From contig JAUMWV010000001.1 in assembly GCA_030529455.1 (NCBI GenBank), forward strand, positions 4,754-68,753: a stretch of 64,000 nucleotides of DNA. Direction: 5' to 3'. A program made the position numbers and the translations under genes. Shown in pieces: positions 49,128 through 59,481 of this stretch. Source of the DNA: Propionibacteriaceae bacterium (GTDB lineage: Bacteria; Actinomycetota; Actinomycetes; Propionibacteriales; Propionibacteriaceae). The notes beneath the pieces are model-generated. The model saw only the letters and a list, made by a program, of their open reading frames with translations, was not told the DNA's origin and searched no databases. Positions within the stretch are counted from its first letter, which is position 1. Each line of letters begins with the position of its first letter.

Positions 49128-49952
49128 TCAGAGGTGTTTCGCCTCTTCGAATAGCTCGAGCGCCTTCTCGGGTTCGTCCTTGGCGACCGCCCAGGCCCAT
49201 TTGCGGTAGTGCAGGGCAACTGTTTCGGCGGGGCCGTCGGCGATCAGCTCGCCCTCGTGCAGCCAGACCGCCCGGCTGCACATTTCCTCGATGGTCTTCG
49301 CGGCGTGCGAAACCAGGAAGATGGTGCCCGCCCCGGCCCGCAGCTCGTCGATGGCTTTCTTCGCCTTCTCGGTGAAGCCAGCGTCGCCGGTGCCGAGGGC
49401 CTCGTCGATCAGCAGGATCTCGGGTTTGACGGACGCGGCGATGGCGAACCGCAGGCGTGCCCCCATGCCGGAGGAATAGGTGTTCATCGGGCGGTGGAGC
49501 GCCCGCCCGATGCCTGCGAGTTCGGCGACCGCCGGGGCGGTGGCGCGAGCCTGGGCCGGGGTGTAGCCGAGCGCCAGCAGGCCGAGATGGATGTTCTTCG
49601 CGCCGGTCAGGTGCGGGATCAGCGCCGCGTTCACCCCGAGCAGCGTCGGCATCGCGGTCGCCCGGACGGAGCCGGAGGTGGGTGGCTCGATGCCCGCGAT
49701 GGTGCGCAGCAGCGTGCTCTTGCCGGAGCCGTTGGTGCCGACGATCCCCACGTGCTCGCCCTCGTAGACCCGCAGCGTCACGTTCTTCAGGGCGTGCACA
49801 TCGGCGCGGTAGGGCAGCCCGAAGACCCGACCGAGGCGGGCGCGGAACCGCCGGTTTTCTGGCACGTCGCTGAGGTCGTCGGTGGTCGGCCGGTAGACCA
49901 CGCTGAGGTCGTCCACGACGACCGAGAGGTTACTCCAAGGCGTTACGGGCAT
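49128..49952 (-). CDS. Polysaccharide/teichoic-acid-type ABC exporter ATPase (Wzt/TagH-like, NBD only)
   Basis: GGAGGTG RBS. GIVGTNGSGKSTLL, YSSGMGARLRF, LLIDEALGTGD. 274 aa with no C-terminal glycan-binding extension. Confidence 0.9.
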   Translation of the reverse strand: MPVTPWSNLSVVVDDLSVVYRPTTDDLSDVPENRRFRARLGRVFGLPYRADVHALKNVTLRVYEGEHVGIVGTNGSGKSTLLRTIAGIEPPTSGSVRATAMPTLLGVNAALIPHLTGAKNIHLGLLALGYTPAQARATAPAVAELAGIGRALHRPMNTYSSGMGARLRFAIAASVKPEILLIDEALGTGDAGFTEKAKKAIDELRAGAGTIFLVSHAAKTIEEMCSRAVWLHEGELIADGPAETVALHYRKWAWAVAKDEPEKALELFEEAKHL

Positions 49953-50820
49953 ATTTCACCTCCGCCTGCCAGAAGAAGATCATGCCGATGACCAGGGAGC
50001 CAAACGCCCAGGCCGACAGCTGCCACCAGAGCTCGGGTGCGGGCACCCGGTTGTAGAGCAGGATTGAGCGGCAGGCATCCAGCACAAGGAAGATTGGGTT
50101 GTTGCGCGCGATGACGTTCAGCGGGGGGTGAGCGTCGAAACGTTCCACCGCGAACATCACCGCGGAGGTGTAGAGCAACAGCCTCATCAGGTAGGGGACG
50201 AGGTGGCGCAGGTCGGGAAGCCGGGCGCCCAGCCGCGCCGCGATCAGCCCGAACCCGAGGTTGAGCGCGGTCTGCAGCCCAAGCAGCGGCAGGAAGTACA
50301 GCCAGGCCCAGCCGAGGGTGCCGTAGGGGGGCACCACGAACAGCAGGATCGCTAGGGCGTACAGCACCGGCAGCAGGCCGATCAGCTCCCGCCACACCAC
50401 CGCGACTGGGAGCGCCGCCCGCGGGAAAGCGAAGGCCCGGATGAGGCCCCGCCCATCGTCCACACAGCGGACGCAGTTACTCACCACCCGCGAGGTGAAG
50501 GTGAACATGAACATGCCGATGATGAGGTAGCCGAAGAAGTTCGGGATCCCCCGGCCGCCCGCGAACAGCACCCCGAAGATGAAGAAATAGACCAGGCCGT
50601 CCAGCACCGGCGCGACGATCAGCCAGAGGTTGCCCAGCAGCGTCCCCTGGTGCTGCCCCATGGCCTGGGCCCAGCCCTGCATGGAAATGAAGTGCCGCCG
50701 CTGCCACAGCTGCCCGAGGTAGCGGTGCAGCGGGGGGCGGGCGCTGACCGGGCGCAGTGCGGGGGCTTCGCCGCGCTGGGCCCGGGCTAGGGCAACGTCG
50801 TCGGGGATGAACCTAGACAT
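49930..50820 (-). CDS. ABC-2-type exporter permease (Wzm/TagG-like)
   Basis: Start taken at MSRFIPDD (ATG 50820). Six hydrophobic helices. It overlaps both neighbours. Confidence 0.85.
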   Translation of the reverse strand: MSRFIPDDVALARAQRGEAPALRPVSARPPLHRYLGQLWQRRHFISMQGWAQAMGQHQGTLLGNLWLIVAPVLDGLVYFFIFGVLFAGGRGIPNFFGYLIIGMFMFTFTSRVVSNCVRCVDDGRGLIRAFAFPRAALPVAVVWRELIGLLPVLYALAILLFVVPPYGTLGWAWLYFLPLLGLQTALNLGFGLIAARLGARLPDLRHLVPYLMRLLLYTSAVMFAVERFDAHPPLNVIARNNPIFLVLDACRSILLYNRVPAPELWWQLSAWAFGSLVIGMIFFWQAEVKYARNALE

Positions 50821-52489
50821 GGCAGATGTCCTGATAGATCTGGCGGCAGCGGGCCGCGTTGGCGGGCCAGGTCCGGCCCGCGGCGAACCGGCGCCCATTC
50901 GAGGCCAGCCGGGAGCGCAGGCCCTCGTCGGCGGCCAGTCGGCCGATGGCCTCGGCGAGGGAGTCGGCGTCGCCTGGCGTGGTGAGCAGCCCGCTGCCCG
51001 GAGTTTTCGCGAGTTCGGCGAGCGCGGGCAGGTCGCTGGCGATCACAGGGCGGCCCAGCGCCATCGCCTCGATCGGCTTCAGCGGGGTCACGACGCGGGT
51101 GACCGCGAGGTCGTGGCGGGGCACGGCGAAGGCGTCCAAGGCCTGGTGCCACAGCGCAGCCCGGTCGCGAGGCTGGCGTCCGGGCAGGACCACGGCATCG
51201 CCCAGCCCGAGAGCTTCGGCCTGGGCGGCTAGGCCGGGCCGGGACACCCCGTCACCGGCGATGGCGCAGCGCACGTCGATGCCGTTGGTACGACAGCGCG
51301 CGACAGCGTCTAGCAGCACATCGAATCCTTCATAGCCGACCAGGGACGAGACCGATCCGACCCAGACGCCTTCTGCGGGGAGTCCGAGCTCAACCCGGGC
51401 TTGACCTGGGGAGAGGTCCTGGTTGAGCAGGCTGGGATCGGTGGCGTTGGGCAACACGGCGATCCGTTCGGGCGGCACCCCCCGCGAGATCAGGTCTTCT
51501 CGCTGCACCTGGGACAGCACGATGACGGCGTGGGCGTCGGTGGCCAGCTCGGCTTCCTTGGCCCGCAACAGCCGGACGCGTTCGCTGATCGCTGCCTCGT
51601 CCCGAAGGGATTCGGGGCGGGAGGCGACCCAGGTGAGTTCCAGCTGGCCGCGCATCTCGTAGACCCAGGGCAGGCTGAAGCGGGAACTGAGCTCGCGGGC
51701 GACCAGCGCGTTGGTGTAATCGGTGGTGCAGTGCAGGACGCCGGGCCGGATGCGGGTGAGGAGCCGCGCGGCGGCTTCGGTGTGGGCCGCGACCCGCTCG
51801 TCGAGCCGGACCGGGAGGCGCCAGGCGGGCAGCCGGTGGTAGGGGATTCCGTCCACGACGCTGGTCAGCGGCGAGCCGAGGATTCCGACTGTGGTGGGGT
51901 ACCCGATCCTGGTGGCAGCGTTCACCTCGACCCCGGCGGCGCTCAGGGCGGTGAGCATCTCGTGGCTGCGGACGGTGTAGCCCGAGCGGGTGTGGGGCAG
52001 CGAATTGGTTAGCAGGAACAGCGCGGAGCTGGGATGCCCGCGGTGGCCGCGGGACCGCTGGGCGGCGGGGGCCAGAACGGCCCGCTCGGAGGCGAGGCGG
52101 GCGGCCAGCCGCGAACCGGGCGGCGCGGCGTCCGCGGCGGCGCTGAGCGCCCCCGCCTGGGCCAGGTCCTGGGCCCGCAGCCGGGGTGGGTCGTTCGCCT
52201 CGGCTCGGAACATGCCGAGTTGGACCGCCAGGCGACGGGCCAGGCGACGGCGCCAGCCGGTCGCCTGGGACATCCCGGACAGGGCGTCGCGGGCCTGGTC
52301 GGGCTGGTCGGCGAGAAACCATCGGTAGGCCGCGAGCAGGCCATCGTGGTGGCGGCCCGGCGGCCCGACCAGTTTCAGGCGGCGGGCGACCTGGACAGCG
52401 AAATGCAGCGGGTCCTCCATGAGCCCACGCACACTCGTGTCCAGCGCGAGCACCACATCGGTGAGCCGTCGCCGCAGCGGCACGATCAT
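50813..52489 (-). CDS. GT4 glycosyltransferase with about 190-aa helical N-terminal extension
   Basis: Start at MIVPLRRR (ATGA overlap with the upstream stop at 52489-52486). LFLLTNSLPHTRSGYTVRSHE, KPIEAMALGRPVIASD. Confidence 0.85.
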   Translation of the reverse strand: MIVPLRRRLTDVVLALDTSVRGLMEDPLHFAVQVARRLKLVGPPGRHHDGLLAAYRWFLADQPDQARDALSGMSQATGWRRRLARRLAVQLGMFRAEANDPPRLRAQDLAQAGALSAAADAAPPGSRLAARLASERAVLAPAAQRSRGHRGHPSSALFLLTNSLPHTRSGYTVRSHEMLTALSAAGVEVNAATRIGYPTTVGILGSPLTSVVDGIPYHRLPAWRLPVRLDERVAAHTEAAARLLTRIRPGVLHCTTDYTNALVARELSSRFSLPWVYEMRGQLELTWVASRPESLRDEAAISERVRLLRAKEAELATDAHAVIVLSQVQREDLISRGVPPERIAVLPNATDPSLLNQDLSPGQARVELGLPAEGVWVGSVSSLVGYEGFDVLLDAVARCRTNGIDVRCAIAGDGVSRPGLAAQAEALGLGDAVVLPGRQPRDRAALWHQALDAFAVPRHDLAVTRVVTPLKPIEAMALGRPVIASDLPALAELAKTPGSGLLTTPGDADSLAEAIGRLAADEGLRSRLASNGRRFAAGRTWPANAARCRQIYQDICHV

Positions 52490-53727
52490 CGGCCGCTGCC
52501 TCGCAGAACGGAGCGCAGCGCGGTGGCGTACCAGTCGGCGAGTTCGTCCCGGTCGGTGTTGGTGCTGAGCCACTCGGAGGCGCTGGGCCGGATGAGCCGG
52601 GACCGGTCGGCCGCCAGCGAGGTCCAGAGCCGGGCCAGCGCGGTGGGGTCTTTCGGCGGGACGACGTCCCCGGCCTGGGTGACGGAGACCAGCTCGGCGG
52701 TCTCCCCGGCCGCGCTGGCGCTGATGTGGCGTCCGGTGGCCAGTGCCTCGTAGAGCTTGGACGGGACCGTCATGGTCAAGGGGGGCCACTCCCGCAGCAT
52801 CACCAGCAGCGTGTCCGCCCAGAGGTAGTGCTCCCCGACCTCGGAACGCGGCACCCGGCGGTGGAACTCGACTGGCGCGTTCAGCTGGTCGGCCAGCGCC
52901 CGAACCGCCTTCAGCTGGGCGCCGTCGCCGACGATGCGCAGCCGGATCGCCGCCCCAGCGTCCTGGGCGAGGGCGGCGGCCCGCACCGCGGTGGCCAGGT
53001 GCTGGGCCCGGCCCACGTTGCCGAGGTAGAGAATCCGCAGCTCCCCTTCCGCGGGCGGCGGGGGGTAGCTGCCGGTGGGGGCCGACGGGGCGTTGCGGAT
53101 GCACAGCACCCACCCTGGCACCCGGGACCGGACGGCGTCGGCGTAGCGGACGGATGTCGTGACGATGAGGTCGCTGCGGCGCTGGAGCCGACTTACCCAT
53201 CGGCCGAGGACGCCGAACGCAGTAGCGAGGACGCGTTCCCGGAGCCCGGGTTCCCGGTCTGGGTGGATACCGTCCTGGTTCCACTCCCGCCAGGATTCGA
53301 GCAGTTCCGGCCAAGCATCTCGCAGGTCACACACCAGCGGACAGCGGTAGCGCAGGGCTAGCATCCGAGCGAGGGGCAAAGTGGTGAGCGGCGGGGCGGT
53401 GGCGATGATGACGTCTGGCCGCCGCCGGTTCCGGCGGGCGAAGAGGGATTTCGCGGCGACGAGCGCCTCGTTGGCAAGCCGGTTGAGGATGCCAGCCCCG
53501 GACACCATGTTCGGGACGCGGTTCACCACCAGCCCTGGGATGTCCCGCTCGATACTGCTGGTTCCCCAGGTCGCGGTCAGCACCTCGACCTGGAAACCAC
53601 GCTTCAGCAACCCTGCTGTCAGCCAGGCCCATCGGGTGGCCGGAGCATTCTCCTCCGGCGGGAAGTGCTGGCTGAGCAGCAGGGCCAGCGGTCTTCGCCC
53701 TGTCGCGGCGGTGGTGAGCTCAGCCAC
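52486..53727 (-). CDS. GT4 glycosyltransferase (WbuB-like N-terminus)
   Basis: LALLLSQHFPPEENAPATRWAWL, LRILYLGNVGRAQ, PSKLYEALATGRHI. Confidence 0.85.
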   Translation of the reverse strand: MAELTTAATGRRPLALLLSQHFPPEENAPATRWAWLTAGLLKRGFQVEVLTATWGTSSIERDIPGLVVNRVPNMVSGAGILNRLANEALVAAKSLFARRNRRRPDVIIATAPPLTTLPLARMLALRYRCPLVCDLRDAWPELLESWREWNQDGIHPDREPGLRERVLATAFGVLGRWVSRLQRRSDLIVTTSVRYADAVRSRVPGWVLCIRNAPSAPTGSYPPPPAEGELRILYLGNVGRAQHLATAVRAAALAQDAGAAIRLRIVGDGAQLKAVRALADQLNAPVEFHRRVPRSEVGEHYLWADTLLVMLREWPPLTMTVPSKLYEALATGRHISASAAGETAELVSVTQAGDVVPPKDPTALARLWTSLAADRSRLIRPSASEWLSTNTDRDELADWYATALRSVLRGSGR

Positions 53728-53728
53728 G

Positions 53729-54880
53729 CTAAGCTTCTACGTCCCCGGCGAAATCCGGCAGGCGGGTGCCGACGCCCAGCATCTGCGCGACCGCGGCGAT
53801 GGATCGTTCCGTGGCGTGCCCGTCGCCGTAGGGGTTGACGGCGTTCGCCATGGAGGCGTAGGCCCGCGGGTCTTCCAGCAGGCGCGCCACCTCGTCGACG
53901 ATCCGGTCCTCCTGGGTGCCGATTAGCCGGACGGTTCCGGCGGTGACGGCTTCGGGCCGCTCGGTGTTGTCCCGCATTACCAGCACGGGCTTACCCAGCG
54001 ACGGTGCCTCTTCCTGGACGCCGCCGGAGTCGGTCAGGATCAGCTTGGCGTGTTTCATCACCTTGGCGAATTCCCCATAGGGCAGGGGTTCGGTGGCGAT
54101 GACGTTGTCGCAGTCCTGCAGCTGGGGCAGGATGGCCTTCCGTACGGTCGGGTTGCGGTGGGCGGGCAGGACGATCACCAGCTCGGGGTAGCGGTGGGCC
54201 AGACGCCGCAGCGCTCGCCCCACTCCCGACATGCCGGCCCAGTTCTCTCGGCGGTGGGTGGTGACCAGCAAGTAGGGCACCTGGTCGGCTACCGCCTGGG
54301 CGAGCCTCGGGTCGGTTTCGATCTCGTAGTCGTGTGACACGGTCTGGAGCAGGGCATCGATCACCGTGTTCCCGGTGACGGCGATATCGTCTGGGCGGAA
54401 GGATTCCCTAATCAGGTTTTCTTTCGAGCCCGGCGTTGGAGCCAGGTGGAGCGCGGAAATCTGCGAGGTGATGCGGCGGTTCGCTTCCTCAGGGAAAGGA
54501 GAGGCGATGTCGCCGCTGCGCAGCCCAGCTTCCAGGTGCACCACGGGGATGTTCCGGTAGAAGGCGGCCATGGACGCGGCGGCAGCGGTCGAGGTGTCGC
54601 CCTGCACGATGACCGCGTCCGGCGCATACTCTTCCAGCACTGGGTCGAGCCGCGAAAAGGCTTTCGCCATGAGGCCGTTGAGCGGCTGGCCCGGCTCGAA
54701 AACGTTGAGGTCGCAGTCCGGTGTGATGCCGAAGACTTCGTTGACCTGGTCCAGCATTTCGCGGTGCTGGCCGGTGGTGATGGCCACAGATTCGAAGCGC
54801 GAATCATTCTGCAGCGCCTGGATTACAGGAGCGACTTTGATGGCTTCCGGGCGCGTTCCGTACACAGTCATGATCTGCAT
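53729..54880 (-). CDS. wecB: UDP-N-acetylglucosamine 2-epimerase (non-hydrolysing)
   Basis: VYGTRPEAIKVAPV, VVHLEAGLRS, ILTDSGGVQEEAPSLGKPVLVMR. Confidence 0.95.
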   Translation of the reverse strand: MQIMTVYGTRPEAIKVAPVIQALQNDSRFESVAITTGQHREMLDQVNEVFGITPDCDLNVFEPGQPLNGLMAKAFSRLDPVLEEYAPDAVIVQGDTSTAAAASMAAFYRNIPVVHLEAGLRSGDIASPFPEEANRRITSQISALHLAPTPGSKENLIRESFRPDDIAVTGNTVIDALLQTVSHDYEIETDPRLAQAVADQVPYLLVTTHRRENWAGMSGVGRALRRLAHRYPELVIVLPAHRNPTVRKAILPQLQDCDNVIATEPLPYGEFAKVMKHAKLILTDSGGVQEEAPSLGKPVLVMRDNTERPEAVTAGTVRLIGTQEDRIVDEVARLLEDPRAYASMANAVNPYGDGHATERSIAAVAQMLGVGTRLPDFAGDVEA

Positions 54881-55177
54881 GGTTCCCCAACGTCTTCCTG
54901 AACTCTTCGCGAAAGCGCGGCTGCGACTCCGTCAATGCCCCGCGGTCCGACTCGTTTCCCCAGGCGAAATTATAGGCAGATGACCCCGAGCTGGCCTAAA
55001 ATTCGAGTCACTTTGCCCGCGCCTCCCTGCGGAAAGATGACGTTACCCATTGTCACAGGGGTGTCGCTGGGGAAAAATGGCCCTCGTGGTACCTGTCGTC
55101 GGGCGCGCATGAGCGGACCACCGGCTCGAGTGCGGTAGCCTGTACGCCGCAGGGGCGCGATTCAGGAAGAGGGTGCT

Positions 55178-56440
55178 ATGGCTGCCGGGCAGGTAATCGC
55201 AGTAATCGGATTGGGGTACATCGGATTGCCGACTGCGGCGATCCTAGCGGCTAGGGGGGCCAACGTCGTCGGGGTCGACGTCTCGGACCGGCACGTGGAC
55301 GCGGTCAACGCTGGCACGGTCCCGTTCGTCGAGCCAGACTTGGCCGAGCACGTCGCGGCGGCGGTCGCCGCGGGCCGCCTGCGGGCGCAGAAGGAAACGC
55401 CGAAGGCCGACGTCTACATCATCGCGGTCCCGACTCCGTTCACCGACAATCAGGAACCAGATCTGAGCTACGTCGACGCCGCGACCGACGCCCTAGCCGG
55501 GCACCTGAGTGGCGGGGAACTGATCGTCCTGGAGTCCACCTCCCCGCCCGGTGCCACCCGGCACGTCGCCGAGCGGGTGCTGGCGGCGCGTCCCGACCTG
55601 TCGATCGACGGTGCGGGCGGCAAGCCGGTGGTGGAGTTCGCGCACTGCCCGGAGCGGGTGCTGCCGGGGCGGGTCATGATCGAACTGGTCACCAACGACC
55701 GCATCGTCGGCGGGCTGAGCGCGTCGGCGGCTCGCCGCGCCAAGGAGCTCTACCAGACCTTCTGTGAGGCCGAGATTCACCTCACCGACGCCACCACCGC
55801 CGAGATGGCGAAGCTCACCGAGAACTCGTTCCGGGACGTGAACATTGCCTTCGCCAACGAGCTGTCGGTGGTGTGCGAGCGGCTCGACATCGACGTCTTC
55901 GAGCTGATCGAACTGGCCAACAAGCACCCGCGGGTGAACATCCTGCAGCCCGGCCCGGGCGTGGGCGGCCACTGCATCGCGGTCGACCCGTGGTTTATCG
56001 TCAGCGCGGCGCCGGAAGAGTCCAGGCTGATCCGGATGGCTCGCGCCGTCAACGACGACAAGCCGGCTTTCGTGCTTCGCCAGGTCGCGGAGGCCCTCGC
56101 CGGGGCTGAGCGGCCCACCATCGCGGTGTTGGGGCTGGCCTTCAAACCCGATATCGACGACCTGCGGGAGTCGCCCGCTCTGGCCATCGCCCGCAGCGTC
56201 GCCGAGGCCTACCCGGACGGGACGATCCTCGCGGTAGAACCGAACATCGACGAGCTGCCGCCGGTCCTCGCGGGACTGCCCAATGTCGCGCTGGCCAGCC
56301 TGGAGCAGGCCTTCGCTGAGGCTGACGCGGTCGTCCTGCTGGTGGACCACCGGGAGTTCAAGCAGCTCAAGGCCGAGGATCTCCCGGCCTGCCCGCTCGT
56401 GGACACCCGGGGCGTGTGGCGGACTGCCCGGGAGGTGTGA
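55178..56440 (+). CDS. wecC: UDP-N-acetyl-D-mannosamine dehydrogenase (nucleotide-sugar dehydrogenase)
   Basis: IAVIGLGYIGLPTAA, GPGVGGHCIAVDP (catalytic Cys), LGLAFKPDIDDLRESP. Divergent from wecB. Confidence 0.9.
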   Translation: MAAGQVIAVIGLGYIGLPTAAILAARGANVVGVDVSDRHVDAVNAGTVPFVEPDLAEHVAAAVAAGRLRAQKETPKADVYIIAVPTPFTDNQEPDLSYVDAATDALAGHLSGGELIVLESTSPPGATRHVAERVLAARPDLSIDGAGGKPVVEFAHCPERVLPGRVMIELVTNDRIVGGLSASAARRAKELYQTFCEAEIHLTDATTAEMAKLTENSFRDVNIAFANELSVVCERLDIDVFELIELANKHPRVNILQPGPGVGGHCIAVDPWFIVSAAPEESRLIRMARAVNDDKPAFVLRQVAEALAGAERPTIAVLGLAFKPDIDDLRESPALAIARSVAEAYPDGTILAVEPNIDELPPVLAGLPNVALASLEQAFAEADAVVLLVDHREFKQLKAEDLPACPLVDTRGVWRTAREV

Positions 56441-56443
56441 GCA

Positions 56444-57334
56444 GTGGAGATGAAGAAGAACATCGTCCGGCTGAGCACCAAGGTGTGGGTGGTGGCCCTA
56501 GCCGGGGTGCAGGCGCTGGCCCTAGGGCTGCTTGCCCTGAGCTCGCTGCGCTGGTTCCTGGCGGTCGAAGCGTGCGCGCTGCTGCTGCTCGGGGTGCTGG
56601 TCTCGTCCAAGTTCGCCGATGTGCTCGGCCAGCTCGCGGCCCAGCGGCGGCAACTCGACCGTATTCAGGCTGGCCTCGGTCGCGCCCAGTGGCAGCTACA
56701 GGAGGCCATGACGGTCCTGAAGAGCCCGCAGGGCCGGATGCAGCGGATGGGTGGACGCGCCGTTCCTTCCGGGCCCAGCGCAGCGGCGACGAGTGGCGAC
56801 GGGGCCGGTCCGGTCGTCGGCCGGGCCGCGGGGGATTCTAGCGATTTCCGATCCCGGGAGGAGTTATTCCTGGACGCGGCCGGGTCGGCCGTCCAGCGGC
56901 TGGAGGCCCAGTCTTTCGCCGTTGTGCTCGGGTCCGGGCAACAGCTCCCCGAGTCGCTGGCGAAGGCGCGCCGTCTGACGCCCAGTTTCGTCACCATGCA
57001 GCTGGACAAGTTGCAGCCTGGCGGGGTGATCGTGGACGAGGCCGCCTTCGCCGAGGGACCCTGGGCCGGTGCCGACCGCGCCGGTGGGGAACACCTCGTG
57101 GCGAGCCTGCTTCAGCTGGTGGACTGGTGTAGCGACAACTCCGCTTCGCTGGTGCTGGTCCGCCGGGACGGGACGGTGGGAGAGAACACGGGGCTCATCC
57201 GGTCGTTCACGACGCTGCACGTTCCCCTGAGGAATGACCTTCCCGACGGCATCCCGGTCCCCGCGGTGGTGCGGGGAGCGCTCGACTTGGCCTCGGAAAA
57301 GCTCGAACTGGCCTCGAAAGAGCAAGCGGGATGA
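56444..57334 (+). CDS. 2-TM + coiled-coil + conserved C-domain protein (paralog 2 of 3)
   Basis: GTG 8 nt after GGGAGG. TM segments VWVVALAGVQALALGLLAL and AVEACALLLLGVLVSS. Coiled-coil-like LGQLAAQRRQLDRIQAGLGRAQWQLQEAM. C-domain motif GVIVDEAAFAEGPWAGAD..SLVLVRR. Confidence 0.65.
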   Translation: MEMKKNIVRLSTKVWVVALAGVQALALGLLALSSLRWFLAVEACALLLLGVLVSSKFADVLGQLAAQRRQLDRIQAGLGRAQWQLQEAMTVLKSPQGRMQRMGGRAVPSGPSAAATSGDGAGPVVGRAAGDSSDFRSREELFLDAAGSAVQRLEAQSFAVVLGSGQQLPESLAKARRLTPSFVTMQLDKLQPGGVIVDEAAFAEGPWAGADRAGGEHLVASLLQLVDWCSDNSASLVLVRRDGTVGENTGLIRSFTTLHVPLRNDLPDGIPVPAVVRGALDLASEKLELASKEQAG

Positions 57335-59481
57335 CCGAGCAGCCGGGCCGCGTTGTCCGGGTGCTGCTGTATGGGGACGTCAACCTGAACCTGCTGGACG
57401 GGTCGGCGCTGTGGCTGACTTCAATGGCCCAACTGCTTCCCCTGGCGGGCTGCCAGGTGGACCTGCTGCTCAAGGCCCCGGTGGTGAACGACCGGCTCGT
57501 ACGGCCGCTGCGCGACCTGCCCGGGCTGAACCTGCTGGACGAGCTCAGCGGCACGGGCCGGGAGGCCTACAGCACGCCGGAGGCCGCCCGCCGGATCGTC
57601 GAGTTATCCGGGCAGGGCTATGACCTGGTGCTGCTGCGGGGCCTGGCGGTGAACCAGGCGGTGGCTGGGGACCGGGCGTTCACGGGGCGGCTGTGGTCGT
57701 ACGTGACCGACTACCCGCAGACCGCGGCCGAGTTCACCGAAGGGAAGCGAGACGAGCTGCGCAAGGTCGCGGCCAGCTGCCACGTGTTCTTCGCCCAGAC
57801 CGAATCGAGCCGTTCCTACCTCGAGTACCACCTGCCCGAACTGGCCGGGAAGACGCTGCTGATGCCCCCGCCGATCCCGGGCTTCGAGGCCTCCGAGCCT
57901 GAGCCGGACAACCCCAGCCAGGTACGGATGATCTACGCCGGGAAGCTGGCGGAGCAGTGGCGCACCAAGGAGATGTGCGAGCTGCCCTCGCTACTGGCCG
58001 AGGAGGGGATCGCGGCGAACCTGACCGTCTTCGGCGATAAGTTCCACCAGGGGACATCCAAGAAGTCCTGGACCGGGGAGATGACCGAGGCCCTGGGGCT
58101 GCCCGGCGTCGACTGGCGCGGTGGCGTGGCCAGGGAGGAGATGCTGGCCGAGCTGGCCCAGTTCAACCTGGGCATGAGCTGGCGGGACCCAGAGCTCGAC
58201 GCGAGCCACGAGTTGTCCACCAAGCTGCTGGAATACGGTTCCTGCGGGCTGCCGGTGCTGGTGAACCGCAACGCGCTGCACGAAGAGATCTTGGGCGCGG
58301 ATTACCCGCTCTATGTCGAACAGGACGATCCGGTCGCGGCGATCCGGGGGGCTCTGGCCGAGCCGGGTTCCTTCGCCGAGGCGGCCCGGCGCTGCCAGCG
58401 GGCGGCTCAGCGCCACACCTTCCCGGTCGTGGCCGAGCGGTTCCAAGACTACCTGCGGGAATGGCTTCCCCGTCCCACGCTCAGCGTGGACCAGAAGATC
58501 ACGGTCCTGGTGGCGGGCCACGACTTCAAGTTCTGCGGTGAACTGTTCGACCTGCTGAAGGCCGAACCGGCGGTGAACCTTTTGGTCGATCACTGGTCCG
58601 GCCTGCATCACCACGACCCGGGGACCAGCGAGAACCTGCTGAACCGCGCCGACGTCGTCATGTGTGAGTGGTGCGGCCCGAACGCGGTCTGGTACGCCAA
58701 GCACAAACGCCCCGGTCAGCGGCTGGTCGTCCGGCTGCACATGTTCGAGCTGAGCGCGCCCTGGATGAGCTCGCTCAACACGTCCGCGATCGACGCCATG
58801 GTGTGTGTCTCCGATTACTACGCCCGCACCACTGAGGCTGCCCTCGGCCTGGCGGAGGGATCGGTGCGGATGATCCCCAACACCATCCGGGTCAGCGACT
58901 TCGAGCGCCCCAAACAGGACGGTGCGCGGTTCAGCCTGGGACTCGTGGGGGTCGTGCCACTGCGCAAACGGCCGGACCGGGCGATCGGGCTGCTGCGGGA
59001 GTTGCTGGCCTATGACCACCGCTACACGCTGCGCATCCGCGGCCGCTTCCCCAACGAGTATCCGTGGCTGTGGCGCGACCCGCTCTACCGCTCCTATTAC
59101 CAGGACATTTTCGACCAGATGTTGCACGACCCGGTCGTGGCTGGCCACCTGACCTGGGACTATTTCGGCCCCGACATGGCCAACTGGCTGCGCGGCATCG
59201 GCTGGGTGCTGTCGCCCAGCACGGACGAGAGTTTCCACATCGCCCCGCTGGAGGGGATGGCGTCGTCCGCCGTGCCGGTGATCTGGGAACGTCCGGGAGC
59301 GGAACAGATCTTCGGCAGCCACTGGGTGCGCCCGGACGGGGCGGCCGAGCTGGCTCGTTTTATCCACGAGGCCAATACCGGTGCCGGGTGGCAGCGCCTC
59401 GGGGCACAGGCCCGGCGGGAGGCGCGCCGCTACGACGTGGCAGAGGTTCAAAGATCATGGCGTGAGGTGCTCTGGGGATGA
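57331..59481 (+). CDS. Tandem GT-B (two GT4-like modules) glycosyltransferase, polymerase-like
   Basis: ATGA overlap. Module 1 ends ELSTKLLEYGSCGLPVLV. Module 2 has ITVLVAGHDFKF.. and ESFHIAPLEGMASSAVPVI. Confidence 0.75.
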   Translation: MTEQPGRVVRVLLYGDVNLNLLDGSALWLTSMAQLLPLAGCQVDLLLKAPVVNDRLVRPLRDLPGLNLLDELSGTGREAYSTPEAARRIVELSGQGYDLVLLRGLAVNQAVAGDRAFTGRLWSYVTDYPQTAAEFTEGKRDELRKVAASCHVFFAQTESSRSYLEYHLPELAGKTLLMPPPIPGFEASEPEPDNPSQVRMIYAGKLAEQWRTKEMCELPSLLAEEGIAANLTVFGDKFHQGTSKKSWTGEMTEALGLPGVDWRGGVAREEMLAELAQFNLGMSWRDPELDASHELSTKLLEYGSCGLPVLVNRNALHEEILGADYPLYVEQDDPVAAIRGALAEPGSFAEAARRCQRAAQRHTFPVVAERFQDYLREWLPRPTLSVDQKITVLVAGHDFKFCGELFDLLKAEPAVNLLVDHWSGLHHHDPGTSENLLNRADVVMCEWCGPNAVWYAKHKRPGQRLVVRLHMFELSAPWMSSLNTSAIDAMVCVSDYYARTTEAALGLAEGSVRMIPNTIRVSDFERPKQDGARFSLGLVGVVPLRKRPDRAIGLLRELLAYDHRYTLRIRGRFPNEYPWLWRDPLYRSYYQDIFDQMLHDPVVAGHLTWDYFGPDMANWLRGIGWVLSPSTDESFHIAPLEGMASSAVPVIWERPGAEQIFGSHWVRPDGAAELARFIHEANTGAGWQRLGAQARREARRYDVAEVQRSWREVLWG

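Noticed and set aside
52490-53314. 275-codon N-terminal extension of the 833-aa ORF 50813-53314
   Set aside because: The extension is Pro/Arg-rich junk and fully overlaps the well-formed GT4 gene 52486-53727 in another frame. An internal ATG at 52489 forms an ATGA overlap with that gene's stop, so I used it as the start.
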